Below, piece after piece: positions 17,042-26,468 of a DNA stretch of 46,588 bases. The notes beneath the pieces were generated by a model that did no database searches, was not told where the DNA came from, and saw only the letters and a program-made list of their open reading frames with translations. Origin of the DNA: an uncultured Desulfovibrionaceae bacterium (GTDB taxonomy: Bacteria; Desulfobacterota; Desulfovibrionia; Desulfovibrionales; Desulfovibrionaceae). The stretch's first letter is position 1. Each line of letters begins with the position of its first letter. The stretch lies in contig CAYJOQ010000001.1 in NCBI GenBank assembly GCA_964371825.1, positions 1 to 46,588 on the forward strand. Reading direction: 5' to 3'. The position numbers were made by a program, and so were the translations under genes.

Positions 17042-20000
17042 ATGAGTGATATGGAAGTGCGTTCATTTGCCGATGTGCAAAATTTATTAAGAGGAAAGCC
17101 CATACTTGTGGCTAACCGTGGCATACCAGGGCGACGCATTTGTCGTTCCATCCGTGAACGTTTTGATGCCATTGCGGTAATGACTGCCACTGATGTAGAT
17201 AAAACAGCGCCGGCTGCTGCTACAGCTCAAGAACTTTTATTACTCGGTAGTGACCCACGCGCATATTTAGATATTGATCGTATTATTTCTCTTGCTAAAC
17301 AACGTGGCATTGTAGGCATACATCCTGGCTGGGGTTTTGCTTCAGAAGATTCGCAATTTCCGCGTAAGTGTGCTGAGGCTGGCATTGTGTTTATTGGCGC
17401 AACAGCTGATGCCATGAATATGCTTGGCAATAAGGTTGAAGCTCGTAATATTGCAAAAAAACTCAATATTCCAGTTGTACCAGGTTCTGAAGGGGCTGTA
17501 GATATTCCTACAGCACGTAAGCTTATTAAAGAAATTGGCTTACCCATCATGCTTAAGGCTGAAGGTGGCGGCGGTGGCCGTGGTATTTTTGCCATCTTTA
17601 ATGAAGAAGAACTTGAAGATGCCTTTTTTAAAGCCTCCACCATGGCGCAAGCATCCTTTGGGAACCCACGCCTTTTTGTTGAAAAATATTTAAGTCGTGT
17701 ACGACATATTGAAATTCAAGTTATTGCTGATAAGCATGGCAATGTGTTTGCTTTTGATGAGCGTGATTGTACTGTGCAACGTAATCATCAAAAACTTATT
17801 GAAATTACGCCTTCACCTTGGGCAGGGCTTACCCCAGAGTTAAGAGCAAAGCTTAAAAATTATTCTGAAAAACTTGTCAGTGAAGTAGGTTTTAACTCAT
17901 TAGCTACTGTTGAGTTTTTGGTAACTCCAGATGGCGAAGCCTATCTTATTGAAGTAAATACGCGTTTACAGGTGGAGCATGGAATTACAGAGTGCCGTTA
18001 TGGTGTTGACCTTGTTGAAGAACAAATTGCCATAGCTTTTGGTGCTCAGCTACGCTTAAATGAAAAAGATACACAACCCATGCACTTTGCCATGCAGGTG
18101 CGTATTAATTGTGAAGATCCACAAGCGCAATTTTCACCAAACTCTGGCCTTGTAACACGCTATGTTTCTCCTGGTGGTCCCGGTGTTCGTCTTGATTCAA
18201 ATATGACTGCCGGATATGAATTTCCCCCCAACTATGATTCAGCAGGTTCCTTATTAATATCTTATGCCAGAGATTGGGATAAAACCATTAGTGTTATGGA
18301 ACGTGCCCTTGGGGAATATATCATTGGGGGCATTAAAACCACCATTCCATTTTTCCGTCAAATACTTAAGCATCCGCTTTTCCGCGATGTGAATTTTGAT
18401 ACGAATTTTATTGCGCAAACTCCTGAGCTTATGTGCTATACTGATATGGCACCTGAAGGAGAACGTTTGGCACGTCTTGTGGCTGAAATTTCAGGTAAAG
18501 GATATAATCCCCACGTAAAACTTGGCGAATATCGTAGTATTGATACACCTCGTATGCCTGAATTTGATCCGGTACTTCCTACCATTGTCAGCGCTGTGAG
18601 AAGAGCTCCATCACCGTATCCTCGTGGTGATAGACGTGCACTTTTAGAATATGTGCGTGATTCAAATCATGTGCATTTCACAGATACAACACCACGTGAC
18701 TTTACACAATCCAATAGCGGTAATCGCTTTCGCTTGGCAGAAGATGCGCTTATTGGCCCATACCTTGATAATGCAAATTATTTTTCCATTGAAAATGGCG
18801 GCGGTGCACACTTTCACGTGGCCATGCTTGCCAATATGACGTATCCTTTTACTGAGGCAAAGGAATGGAATCTATTTGCACCAAAAACATTAAAACAAAT
18901 ATTGGTTCGCTCTACAAATGTGCTTGGATATTCGCCGCAACCTAAAAATCTTATGCGTTTAACTGGCGAAACCATATGTGACCACTATCAAATTATTCGT
19001 TGCTTTGATTTCTTAAACCATGTGGAAAATATGCGTCCTTTGGCAGAAGTTGTGATGTCGCGTAACGAAGTAGTTTTCCAGCCGGCCATTTCCTTATCTT
19101 TTGCCGATGGCTTTGATGTGAATCACTATATGGGTGTTACAGAATCCATGTTGCGTATGGTAGCAAGCGTTATGGGCGGTAGTTTAGAGCAAGCATCACA
19201 AAATATTATTTTGGGATTAAAAGACATGGCTGGGGTATGCCCACCACGCTTTATGACCGCACTTGTGACAGCTTTGCGTAAACGTTGGCCTGAACTTGTA
19301 TTGCATTATCATCGTCACTATACCGATGGTCTTTTTGTGCCTGCATGCGGTGCTGCGGCTAAGGCTGGTGCACATATTTTAGATGTAGGTTTAGGATCAG
19401 CTGTACGTTCGTATGGCCAAGGGGATGTTTTGGCAACTGCGGCCTATATTGAAGATGAACTTGGTTTACAAACACAGTTAAATAAATCTGCCATTCGTGA
19501 TGCAAACTTTGTATGCAAACAAATTATGCCTTATTATGACCGCTATTGTTCGCCATATTTTCAGGGTATTGACTATGACGTTGTAGAGCATGCCATGCCG
19601 GGCGGTGCAACGTCTTCTTCACAAGAAGGAGCTGTAAAGCAAGGGTATATTCACCTTTTGCCCTATATGCTTAAATTTCTTGCAGGAACACGTAAGGTTG
19701 TGCGCTATCATGACGTAACGCCAGGTTCACAAATTACATGGAATACAGCATTTTTGGCTGTGACGGGTGCTTGGAAACGTGGCGGCGATGAAGAAGTTCG
19801 TTATCTATTACGAGTGCTTAAGGAAATTACAGAACACTCTGAAGACCAACTTACGCCTGAGATGAAGCAAGCTCGTTTGAGTATTTATCAAGATTGTAAC
19901 GATGCTTTTAGAAATTTACTTTTGGGTAAGTTTGGTAGATTACCGTTAGGTTTTCCACCGGATTGGGTATATGAAAGTGCCTTTGGTAATACATGGAAAA

Positions 20001-20749
20001 ATGCCATTCAAGAAAGGGTTGATGTCTCACCACTTGAAATATTAGATGCCATCGACTTTGTAGCCGAAGAACAAGCCTTTATTGATATTATTCGTCGTAA
20101 ACCTACCGATGAAGAATTTGTTATGTATTTAAATCATCCTGGTGATGCCATTAAAACAGTACAATTTAAAATTGAAAATGGTGATCCTAATAACTTACCC
20201 TTAAATGTATGGTTTGAAGGGTTAAAAATTGGACAGGATTTGTATTTTAAAGATAGTAAAGGAAAGCCACATCACCTTGTTATTTTAAGTTTTTCAAAGC
20301 CAAATGCAGCAGGTCTTTCTGTGTGCCGCTATGTGCTTGATTCTGAAATTATGGTGTGTGATGTGCAAGTTGCCGAGCCTACAGGAAGCAATGTGAAGGG
20401 GGTAGCTAAGGTAGATCCTAATAATCCCTATCATGTGGCTGCACCAAGTAATGGAGACCTTTGGGTAATGTATGTACACCCAGGCGACCTTGTAAAAAAA
20501 GGCGAAGAACTTTTCAATGTGTCCATTATGAAGCAAGAAAAAGCTGTTCTTGCCCCTTGTGACGGCATAGTTACAAGAGTATTGAAAACAGCAAATTATA
20601 AAGAAAGTAAGCAAATGACTTCAGTAACTGAAGGTGAACTCATCGTGGAACTTGGTCCTGTGCCAAGGGTATGCAATAATAATGCATGCGCACACCCCAT
20701 ACCCATGGATAATATTGAATACTGCCCATATTGCGGGGATAAGTTATAG
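17042..20749 (+). CDS. pyc: Pyruvate carboxylase (single-chain BC-CT-BCCP) with extra C-terminal Cys4 tail
   Basis: 1235-aa ORF. Biotin carboxylase ATP-grasp N-terminus (KAEGGGGGRGI), carboxyltransferase TIM-barrel centre and a biotinyl domain with 'IMKQE'. AAGGA SD upstream. Confidence 0.93.
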   Translation: MSDMEVRSFADVQNLLRGKPILVANRGIPGRRICRSIRERFDAIAVMTATDVDKTAPAAATAQELLLLGSDPRAYLDIDRIISLAKQRGIVGIHPGWGFASEDSQFPRKCAEAGIVFIGATADAMNMLGNKVEARNIAKKLNIPVVPGSEGAVDIPTARKLIKEIGLPIMLKAEGGGGGRGIFAIFNEEELEDAFFKASTMAQASFGNPRLFVEKYLSRVRHIEIQVIADKHGNVFAFDERDCTVQRNHQKLIEITPSPWAGLTPELRAKLKNYSEKLVSEVGFNSLATVEFLVTPDGEAYLIEVNTRLQVEHGITECRYGVDLVEEQIAIAFGAQLRLNEKDTQPMHFAMQVRINCEDPQAQFSPNSGLVTRYVSPGGPGVRLDSNMTAGYEFPPNYDSAGSLLISYARDWDKTISVMERALGEYIIGGIKTTIPFFRQILKHPLFRDVNFDTNFIAQTPELMCYTDMAPEGERLARLVAEISGKGYNPHVKLGEYRSIDTPRMPEFDPVLPTIVSAVRRAPSPYPRGDRRALLEYVRDSNHVHFTDTTPRDFTQSNSGNRFRLAEDALIGPYLDNANYFSIENGGGAHFHVAMLANMTYPFTEAKEWNLFAPKTLKQILVRSTNVLGYSPQPKNLMRLTGETICDHYQIIRCFDFLNHVENMRPLAEVVMSRNEVVFQPAISLSFADGFDVNHYMGVTESMLRMVASVMGGSLEQASQNIILGLKDMAGVCPPRFMTALVTALRKRWPELVLHYHRHYTDGLFVPACGAAAKAGAHILDVGLGSAVRSYGQGDVLATAAYIEDELGLQTQLNKSAIRDANFVCKQIMPYYDRYCSPYFQGIDYDVVEHAMPGGATSSSQEGAVKQGYIHLLPYMLKFLAGTRKVVRYHDVTPGSQITWNTAFLAVTGAWKRGGDEEVRYLLRVLKEITEHSEDQLTPEMKQARLSIYQDCNDAFRNLLLGKFGRLPLGFPPDWVYESAFGNTWKNAIQERVDVSPLEILDAIDFVAEEQAFIDIIRRKPTDEEFVMYLNHPGDAIKTVQFKIENGDPNNLPLNVWFEGLKIGQDLYFKDSKGKPHHLVILSFSKPNAAGLSVCRYVLDSEIMVCDVQVAEPTGSNVKGVAKVDPNNPYHVAAPSNGDLWVMYVHPGDLVKKGEELFNVSIMKQEKAVLAPCDGIVTRVLKTANYKESKQMTSVTEGELIVELGPVPRVCNNNACAHPIPMDNIEYCPYCGDKL

Positions 20750-20758
20750 TAAACTACA

Positions 20759-20796
20759 AAGCCTTTTTAAGCTTACAACTTAAAAAGGCTTTTTGG
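20759..20796 (+). terminator. Rho-independent terminator of pyc
   Basis: 13-bp perfect stem 20759-20771/20779-20791 (aagcctttttaag/cttaaaaaggctt), 7-nt loop, then a T-run. Confidence 0.8.
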
Positions 20797-20828
20797 TTAA
20801 GTGGCATTGAAAAATACATAATTATTCG

Positions 20829-21059
20829 GTGCTGAAAAGCTATATAGGCTATTGTAACTACAAGCATTCACACCTTAAGAAGTCACAGAAAAATTGTCAA
20901 AAACAAAGCATGTAATGCGACTTTTTGGAAACTTTTTGACACTATTGCACCTGTTTTTCACGTGCTGACTGACAAAAATTTTGTGTGCCGCAAAATGAGC
21001 CAGAACGTACTTTTGACGGAACCAAAGGGATATTTTGTGCCAACATACCTTTCTGAACA
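20829..21059 (+). repeat. Family-B MITE/REP-like element, full copy B1
   Basis: About 231 bp. Aligns in reverse orientation to 39276-39507, its left half to 26347-26455 (inverted), and its right half to 36444-36557 and 39578-39690 (inverted). Confidence 0.85.
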
Positions 21060-21424
21060 ATATGTATAAACGTGATTTTGTGATTCAACCAGTTAGTGAA
21101 TAAATATACAAAGCCTTAAAAAAATAATTTTATGACCATATTACATGTACTTTTTAGCTTTTATTTTTGTAGCTAAAATATAATATGTTTAAATATATTA
21201 AGCTCTTGTATAGAAAATCGCATACCGTGATAGGCCGTGTGAATAACATAAAAAGCAAGGCATTATCGCATGAATAGCTCGACAAGTTGCACAATATTTG
21301 ATATTTCATGTAGGCTTTATATTTATGTATATTTTTTTTATATACTTCATAATAAAGCTAGTTATACGTGTTATTCTTTCAACAAAAGCATTCATAATGT
21401 ACTATGACCTTTATGGAGGACGGA

Positions 21425-24400
21425 ATGGAAAAAAAGCAGCCTACAAAAAAGTCTGCAACTGCTAACAACGAAAAGCCAGAAAACAAACTCATACTTAATG
21501 GTGCAGATATTGTAGCCATGGGTGAGAGTGCTGAACTACTCGTTGGTGGAAAAAACTATAATACTGCTTTGATTTCTGAAATTGAAGGGATTCAGGCCCC
21601 GCACTTTCGTGCTATTTCGTCCAACGCCTTTCATATGCTTTTAGATGAAACTAGTGTTATTGCTTCTGTTATTCGTGCTGTTGTAGATAAAGAATATAAA
21701 CGTATTGATTGGAACGATTCAGAGATTAATCAAGACCCTGAGTTTTTACAAAAATTTGTTCGTAATTTGGGGCAAAGTGCCAAAAAAGCCAGTGAAGGTC
21801 TTGAAGATGTACGCATTCCTTTACGTACATTTATTAATAATGTTGTTGATGGTTTTGCCACTTCAGCTGAAGGAATTGATCAATTACGCAAACGTTCTGT
21901 TCTTGTACAAGCTGCTATTTTAGCAGTAGAAATGCCTGCTAAGGTACGTGATGCCGTATGCAAAGCGTATTTAGAAATTTGTCAAGAAAATGAAGGTGAA
22001 ATAGTGCCTGTAGCAGTTCGTTCTTCGGCTGCAGGTGAAGACTCACGCAAAAAAGCCTTTGCTGGTTTGCAAGATACATACTTGAATATGGTTGGCGAAA
22101 ATAATGTGGCCAAGGCATATCATTGGGATTGTTCTTCTGCATATAATCTGCGTTCAATGACATATCGTCGTGAAGCCATTTTGGATGCTTTAGCTAAGGC
22201 TGAAGACCTTGGCGACCAAAGTATTGCTGAAATAGCAAAGAAAGAATGGGCCATTGAAAATACATCTCTTTCTGTATGTATGATGCAAATGATTAATCCT
22301 GTTATTTCAGGAACGGCTTTTTCTGCTGATACCGCAACGGGCTGTCGTGGTACTATACGCAAAGATCTTGTAAGTATTGATGCTAGTTATGGTCTTGGTG
22401 AGGCTGTTGTTGGTGGTAAGGTTACCCCTGATAAACTCTATGTTTTTCAACGTGACAATGGCTCTGAGGTGGTAATTCGCCAAATGGGCTGCAAAGATAT
22501 GAAAATTGTCTATGACGAAAAAGGCGGCACCAAGGAAGTTGAAGTTCCGGAGCTTGAAGCTTTACGCTGGGCTTTATCTTTAAATCAAGCTGAGCGTGTT
22601 GCCAAGGGTGTTCGTGCTGTAAGTGCTGCATATGATGGCATGATTATGGATACAGAGTTTTGTATTGATGCTAAAGATCGCTTATGGTTTGTACAAGCGC
22701 GCCCCGAAACTCGTTGGAATGAAGAACTTGAAGAACATCCGAATACAATTTTTATGCGTCGCCAAGAAGTTGATCCTAAAGCCGCAGCTCTTGCAGAAGT
22801 GCTTGTGGAAGGTAATGGTGCTTCGCGCGGGGCAGGGCAAGGTACTGTTAAATACTTACGCTCTGCTTTAGAATTAAATAAAATTGCCAAGGGTGATGTG
22901 CTTGCTGCCGAACGTACAGACCCTGATATGGTTCCTGGTATGCGTGTGGCATCGGCCATTTTAGCTGATGTTGGTGGAGATACAAGCCATGCAGCTATTA
23001 CTTCTCGTGAGCTTGGTATTGCGGCTATTATTGGAATTCAACGCCTTGATGTACTGCGCGCTCTTGATGGAGCAGAAGTTACTGTAGATGGCACAAGAGG
23101 TAAGGTATACAGAGGTCTTTTACCCCTACGTGAAGTGGGCGGCGAGATGGATTTATCTAAATTACCACGTACTAAGACCAAGGTTGGACTTGTGCTTGCT
23201 GACGTTGGTCAATCGCTATTTTTATCTCGTTTACGTGACTTACCAGAATTTGAAGTGGGGCTTTTGCGTGCTGAATTTATGCTTGGCAATATCAGCATTC
23301 ACCCTGCAGCCCTTGAAGCTTATGATAATGGTATCTTAGAAGGGGTAGTGCAAAAGAAGGTGCGTGAACTAGAATCACGTTTAACCAAGGTTATGCGTGA
23401 GCAAATGGCTGCAGGATTAATCGTTTCTGATTTGCAAATTCGCAGTTATGTGGGTGAAATTACAGGCCTTGGTTCAGAACTTGCGCGCTTAAACGAAACC
23501 TCTGCCAATGCTAGTGCCGATGAAATTTTGCTCGTACACCGCAAAATGCGTGAAGTTGAGCTTACACTTGATGAATATTTAGAAAATGCTACACGCCGTC
23601 TTGATATTTTAAAAAGTAGCCCAGATCTACACGAACATGTTCGTATAATTATGGGATATGATGATGCCATTGCCTTATTGTCTTCTACTGATAATGAAGA
23701 TATTAAGCGACGTGCTGAGTATGAAGCCATGGTGGCTGACCAAGTAGAGCGTATTAAAAATATTCCCTTAGTTGAAAGTGTGCTTGAAAATATTATTCGC
23801 TTGCGTGAAGAAGTTGGTTTACGCACCGGCCTTAAAAAAGAAATGGATGAAGTACGCCAGCTTATTGATAAAATTCGAACGCTTATTAAACAACGTGGTT
23901 TCCGTACTGGTAAGGAACATTATATACAAACTCTTGCGCAAAACCTTGCACTCTTTGCCATGGCTTTTTATGGCAAAACCATTGTATATCGTACTACAGA
24001 TTTTAAGAGCAATGAATATCGCAACTTGCTTGGCGGCAACCTTTTTGAGCAAGTGGAAGATAACCCCATGCTTGGTTATCGCGGTGTTTCACGTAATATT
24101 CATGACTGGGAAATTGAATCATTCAAGCTTGCTCGCGGTGTATATGGTGGAACAAATCTACAAATGATGCTGCCCTTTGTACGCACCCTTGAAGAAGCTC
24201 GCTCCATGCGTCGTTATCTAGATCAGGTGCATAAGTTGCGCCCTGGTCAAGATGGTTTAAAAATTATTTTAATGTCAGAAATTCCATCTAATGCCATATT
24301 GGCTAAACAATTTATTGAAGAATTTGATGGTTTTTCCATTGGTTCTAACGATATGACCCAAATGGTACTTGCCACTGACCGTGATAATGCCAGCCTTGGA

Positions 24401-24985
24401 CATATTTATGATGAAGAAGATCCGGCTGTTATTTGGGCCATTTTAGTGACCATTTTCACTGGGCAAAAATATTGTAAAAAAGTTGGTTTTTGCGGCCAAG
24501 GCGTATCAAATAGCTTAATTTTACGTGGCCTTGTGGCTATTGCTGGTATTGCTTCTGCTTCGGTTGTTCCTGATACATATTATCAAACAGTACAAGATAT
24601 AGCAGCCATTGAAGCTGAAAATACCCCTACAGAAACCCTTGGTGTATGGCTTGCAAATCAACATCACAAAAATCTTCAGAGATTAATGGAAAAAGAAGGG
24701 TATGGGCATATTTTGAAAAAATATACCAAGGCTGAAGATGTTCAAGAATGGTACGAAGGCGAATTACAACGTAGACATGAACAATTACGTGAACATTTAG
24801 ATACGCCTAAAGAAAATTTTTATAGAACAGAACTTGGCTCCTTCCGTGATACGTTCCATAAACCAGTTATTTATGCTTCTTGGGATTGGAATACCACGGT
24901 AAATGATGCCTTGCATCAAGCTGGTTTTGCAAACTTTGATGAACACAAAAAAGCCCTTGAAGAGTATAGGAAAATATCTTGGTAA
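21425..24985 (+). CDS. ppsA: PEP synthase-like pyruvate,water dikinase, enlarged form
   Basis: ORF from 21404; the ATG at 21425 follows GGAGGA at 4-nt spacing. ATP-grasp 'VGGKNYNTA', phospho-His domain 'GGDTSHAAITSRELGIAAIIG', TIM-barrel 'TTDFKSNEYRNLLGG' and 'SIGSNDMTQM', and 'CGQG'. Confidence 0.88.
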   Translation: MEKKQPTKKSATANNEKPENKLILNGADIVAMGESAELLVGGKNYNTALISEIEGIQAPHFRAISSNAFHMLLDETSVIASVIRAVVDKEYKRIDWNDSEINQDPEFLQKFVRNLGQSAKKASEGLEDVRIPLRTFINNVVDGFATSAEGIDQLRKRSVLVQAAILAVEMPAKVRDAVCKAYLEICQENEGEIVPVAVRSSAAGEDSRKKAFAGLQDTYLNMVGENNVAKAYHWDCSSAYNLRSMTYRREAILDALAKAEDLGDQSIAEIAKKEWAIENTSLSVCMMQMINPVISGTAFSADTATGCRGTIRKDLVSIDASYGLGEAVVGGKVTPDKLYVFQRDNGSEVVIRQMGCKDMKIVYDEKGGTKEVEVPELEALRWALSLNQAERVAKGVRAVSAAYDGMIMDTEFCIDAKDRLWFVQARPETRWNEELEEHPNTIFMRRQEVDPKAAALAEVLVEGNGASRGAGQGTVKYLRSALELNKIAKGDVLAAERTDPDMVPGMRVASAILADVGGDTSHAAITSRELGIAAIIGIQRLDVLRALDGAEVTVDGTRGKVYRGLLPLREVGGEMDLSKLPRTKTKVGLVLADVGQSLFLSRLRDLPEFEVGLLRAEFMLGNISIHPAALEAYDNGILEGVVQKKVRELESRLTKVMREQMAAGLIVSDLQIRSYVGEITGLGSELARLNETSANASADEILLVHRKMREVELTLDEYLENATRRLDILKSSPDLHEHVRIIMGYDDAIALLSSTDNEDIKRRAEYEAMVADQVERIKNIPLVESVLENIIRLREEVGLRTGLKKEMDEVRQLIDKIRTLIKQRGFRTGKEHYIQTLAQNLALFAMAFYGKTIVYRTTDFKSNEYRNLLGGNLFEQVEDNPMLGYRGVSRNIHDWEIESFKLARGVYGGTNLQMMLPFVRTLEEARSMRRYLDQVHKLRPGQDGLKIILMSEIPSNAILAKQFIEEFDGFSIGSNDMTQMVLATDRDNASLGHIYDEEDPAVIWAILVTIFTGQKYCKKVGFCGQGVSNSLILRGLVAIAGIASASVVPDTYYQTVQDIAAIEAENTPTETLGVWLANQHHKNLQRLMEKEGYGHILKKYTKAEDVQEWYEGELQRRHEQLREHLDTPKENFYRTELGSFRDTFHKPVIYASWDWNTTVNDALHQAGFANFDEHKKALEEYRKISW

Positions 24986-25024
24986 TAGTGTAACTTTTTA
25001 TATACAAAAGATTTACCATTTATT

Positions 25025-25062
25025 AGAGGGATACCTTTTATAAGCGAAAGGTATCCCTCTTT
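25025..25062 (+). terminator. Terminator hairpin after the pps-like gene
   Basis: 14-bp perfect stem 25025-25038/25047-25060 (agagggataccttt/aaaggtatccctct) with an 8-nt loop. The U-tract is weak (ttaata). Confidence 0.6.
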
Positions 25063-25101
25063 AATACGACAAAATTGCTATTTTGTACTTTTGCTTAATG
25101 C

Positions 25102-25140
<39 letters not shown>

Positions 25141-25173
25141 TTGGAACTCACATTGTCTTTGTATTGGTATAAA

Positions 25174-26178
25174 ATGCGTAAGTTTATCTTAGCTTTTCAA
25201 TTATTTGTGGTAATGTTGTGCAGTGCATGGCTTTGGAAACATGTACATTGGGATGCTGTATGGGATACCTGTAATTCTGTCAGTATTGCTATGCTTTGCT
25301 TTGTTTTTGTGCAACGTTTTATGCCATGGATATTGGTAGGGTTTCGTCTTACTCATATTTTTCCTCAAGAGATTAACATGCGTAAAGGATTTTGCGCAGC
25401 TTCTTTATGTACGGGCGTGAATGCGCTTATTCCGGCACGTATGGGCGAATTAGTTAAAATTTTTTGGTTAAAGGGGTGTAGCTCGTATTCGTATACAACA
25501 GTAATAAGTGGTTGCTTTATGGAGCGATTACTAGATCTATCTTGCTTATTTCTTTTACTTCTTTGTTTCGCCATGGATTTTTTACAATGGGGTATAGTAG
25601 TATTTCTTACCTTAGCTATTATTATGGCATGGTTGTGTTGCTATGCATTGCTTAATCATAGAGAACAATTACAAAACATATTTCCCATTTTAAAAAAAAC
25701 TTTTGTATGCCATACCGTACATAAATTAGAAGATGCTTTTGCCCACATTACATCCATACCTGTTCTAGCCAAGCTTGTTGTATGCACTCTTGGTATTTGG
25801 CTTTTAAATTATTTACATATAGTCTTAATCAGTCACGGTCTTATAGGTCTTGACCTAAGCTGGCTAGAGATGGGTGTACTACTCGTGAGTATTTATTTTA
25901 GTAGTGCCCTTATGTTGGTGCCGGGTGGTATTGGAATTATGGAAGCAACAGTTGTTGGCGTATTGCAACTAATGGATGTAAGTTTGGAAAATGCTGCTTT
26001 GTTGGCTATTTTTGTACGTGTATATCATTTTATTCCCTCAGTATTACTTGGAGGCATTGCGCTTTTACAGAGCGGTGAAAGTTATACATATTATCGAAAT
26101 GTATTGAAAAATTCTAGGATTATGAATCCATTTAAAAGTGATGAAATTCAAGAAAATCTTAAAGCATACAAGCTGTAA
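25174..26178 (+). CDS. Flippase-like multi-TM protein (LPG_synthase_TM / UPF0104 family, MprF N-terminal-domain-like)
   Basis: ORF 25141-26178 (TTG); first ATG at 25174. About 8 TM helices with the family-typical 'IPARMGELVKIFWLK' loop. Confidence 0.7.
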   Translation: MRKFILAFQLFVVMLCSAWLWKHVHWDAVWDTCNSVSIAMLCFVFVQRFMPWILVGFRLTHIFPQEINMRKGFCAASLCTGVNALIPARMGELVKIFWLKGCSSYSYTTVISGCFMERLLDLSCLFLLLLCFAMDFLQWGIVVFLTLAIIMAWLCCYALLNHREQLQNIFPILKKTFVCHTVHKLEDAFAHITSIPVLAKLVVCTLGIWLLNYLHIVLISHGLIGLDLSWLEMGVLLVSIYFSSALMLVPGGIGIMEATVVGVLQLMDVSLENAALLAIFVRVYHFIPSVLLGGIALLQSGESYTYYRNVLKNSRIMNPFKSDEIQENLKAYKL

Positions 26179-26346
26179 TAGCAATATACATTATGCTTAT
26201 AGGAAAGTAGAGCGTTGCCTTTTCGTGATTTTTAGCCACATTGACTAACGTTAGTACTCCATACAACCTTACGCAATTCATTACGCAGAGGCTTTTGCTT
26301 TATAACAATAAGACGTAAAAGGCTCAATATTTTGTGATTACATAGT

Positions 26347-26455
26347 AAAAATTGCCGAAAAAACGTAAACAATACGCTTTTTCGGCAATTTTTCTGTGAC
26401 CTCTTAAGGTGTGAGTGCCTGTTGTTACAATAGTCTGTATAGTTTTTCAGTATTG
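26347..26455 (-). repeat. Family-B left-half copy B5, including a 16-bp-stem bidirectional terminator-like hairpin (26347-26393)
   Basis: The reverse complement of 26381-26450 matches 20841-20895. Perfect stem aaaaattgccgaaaaa/tttttcggcaattttt flanked by A and T runs, between convergent genes. Confidence 0.75.
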
Positions 26456-26468
26456 ATTGTTACATGTA

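Noticed and set aside
17227-17643. Antisense ORFs inside pyc (also 20294-20614), inside pps (21939-22163, 22120-22362, 22585-22959, 23446-23826, 23819-24052) and inside anSME (45260-45727)
   Set aside because: They lie within well-supported large CDS on the opposite strand and have no independent coding evidence.
20875-21060. 61-aa ORF in repeat B1 and 83-aa ORF (39234-39485) in repeat B2 share the peptide FVSQH(V/M)KNRCNSV, and 5 of 7 nucleotide differences there are synonymous. This could hint at a small mobile gene.
   Set aside because: Outside that 15-codon stretch the two copies are out of frame with each other because of indels. Half copies lack the ORF, and the sequence is dominated by hairpins. 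With only two copies, the synonymous bias is not statistically convincing.
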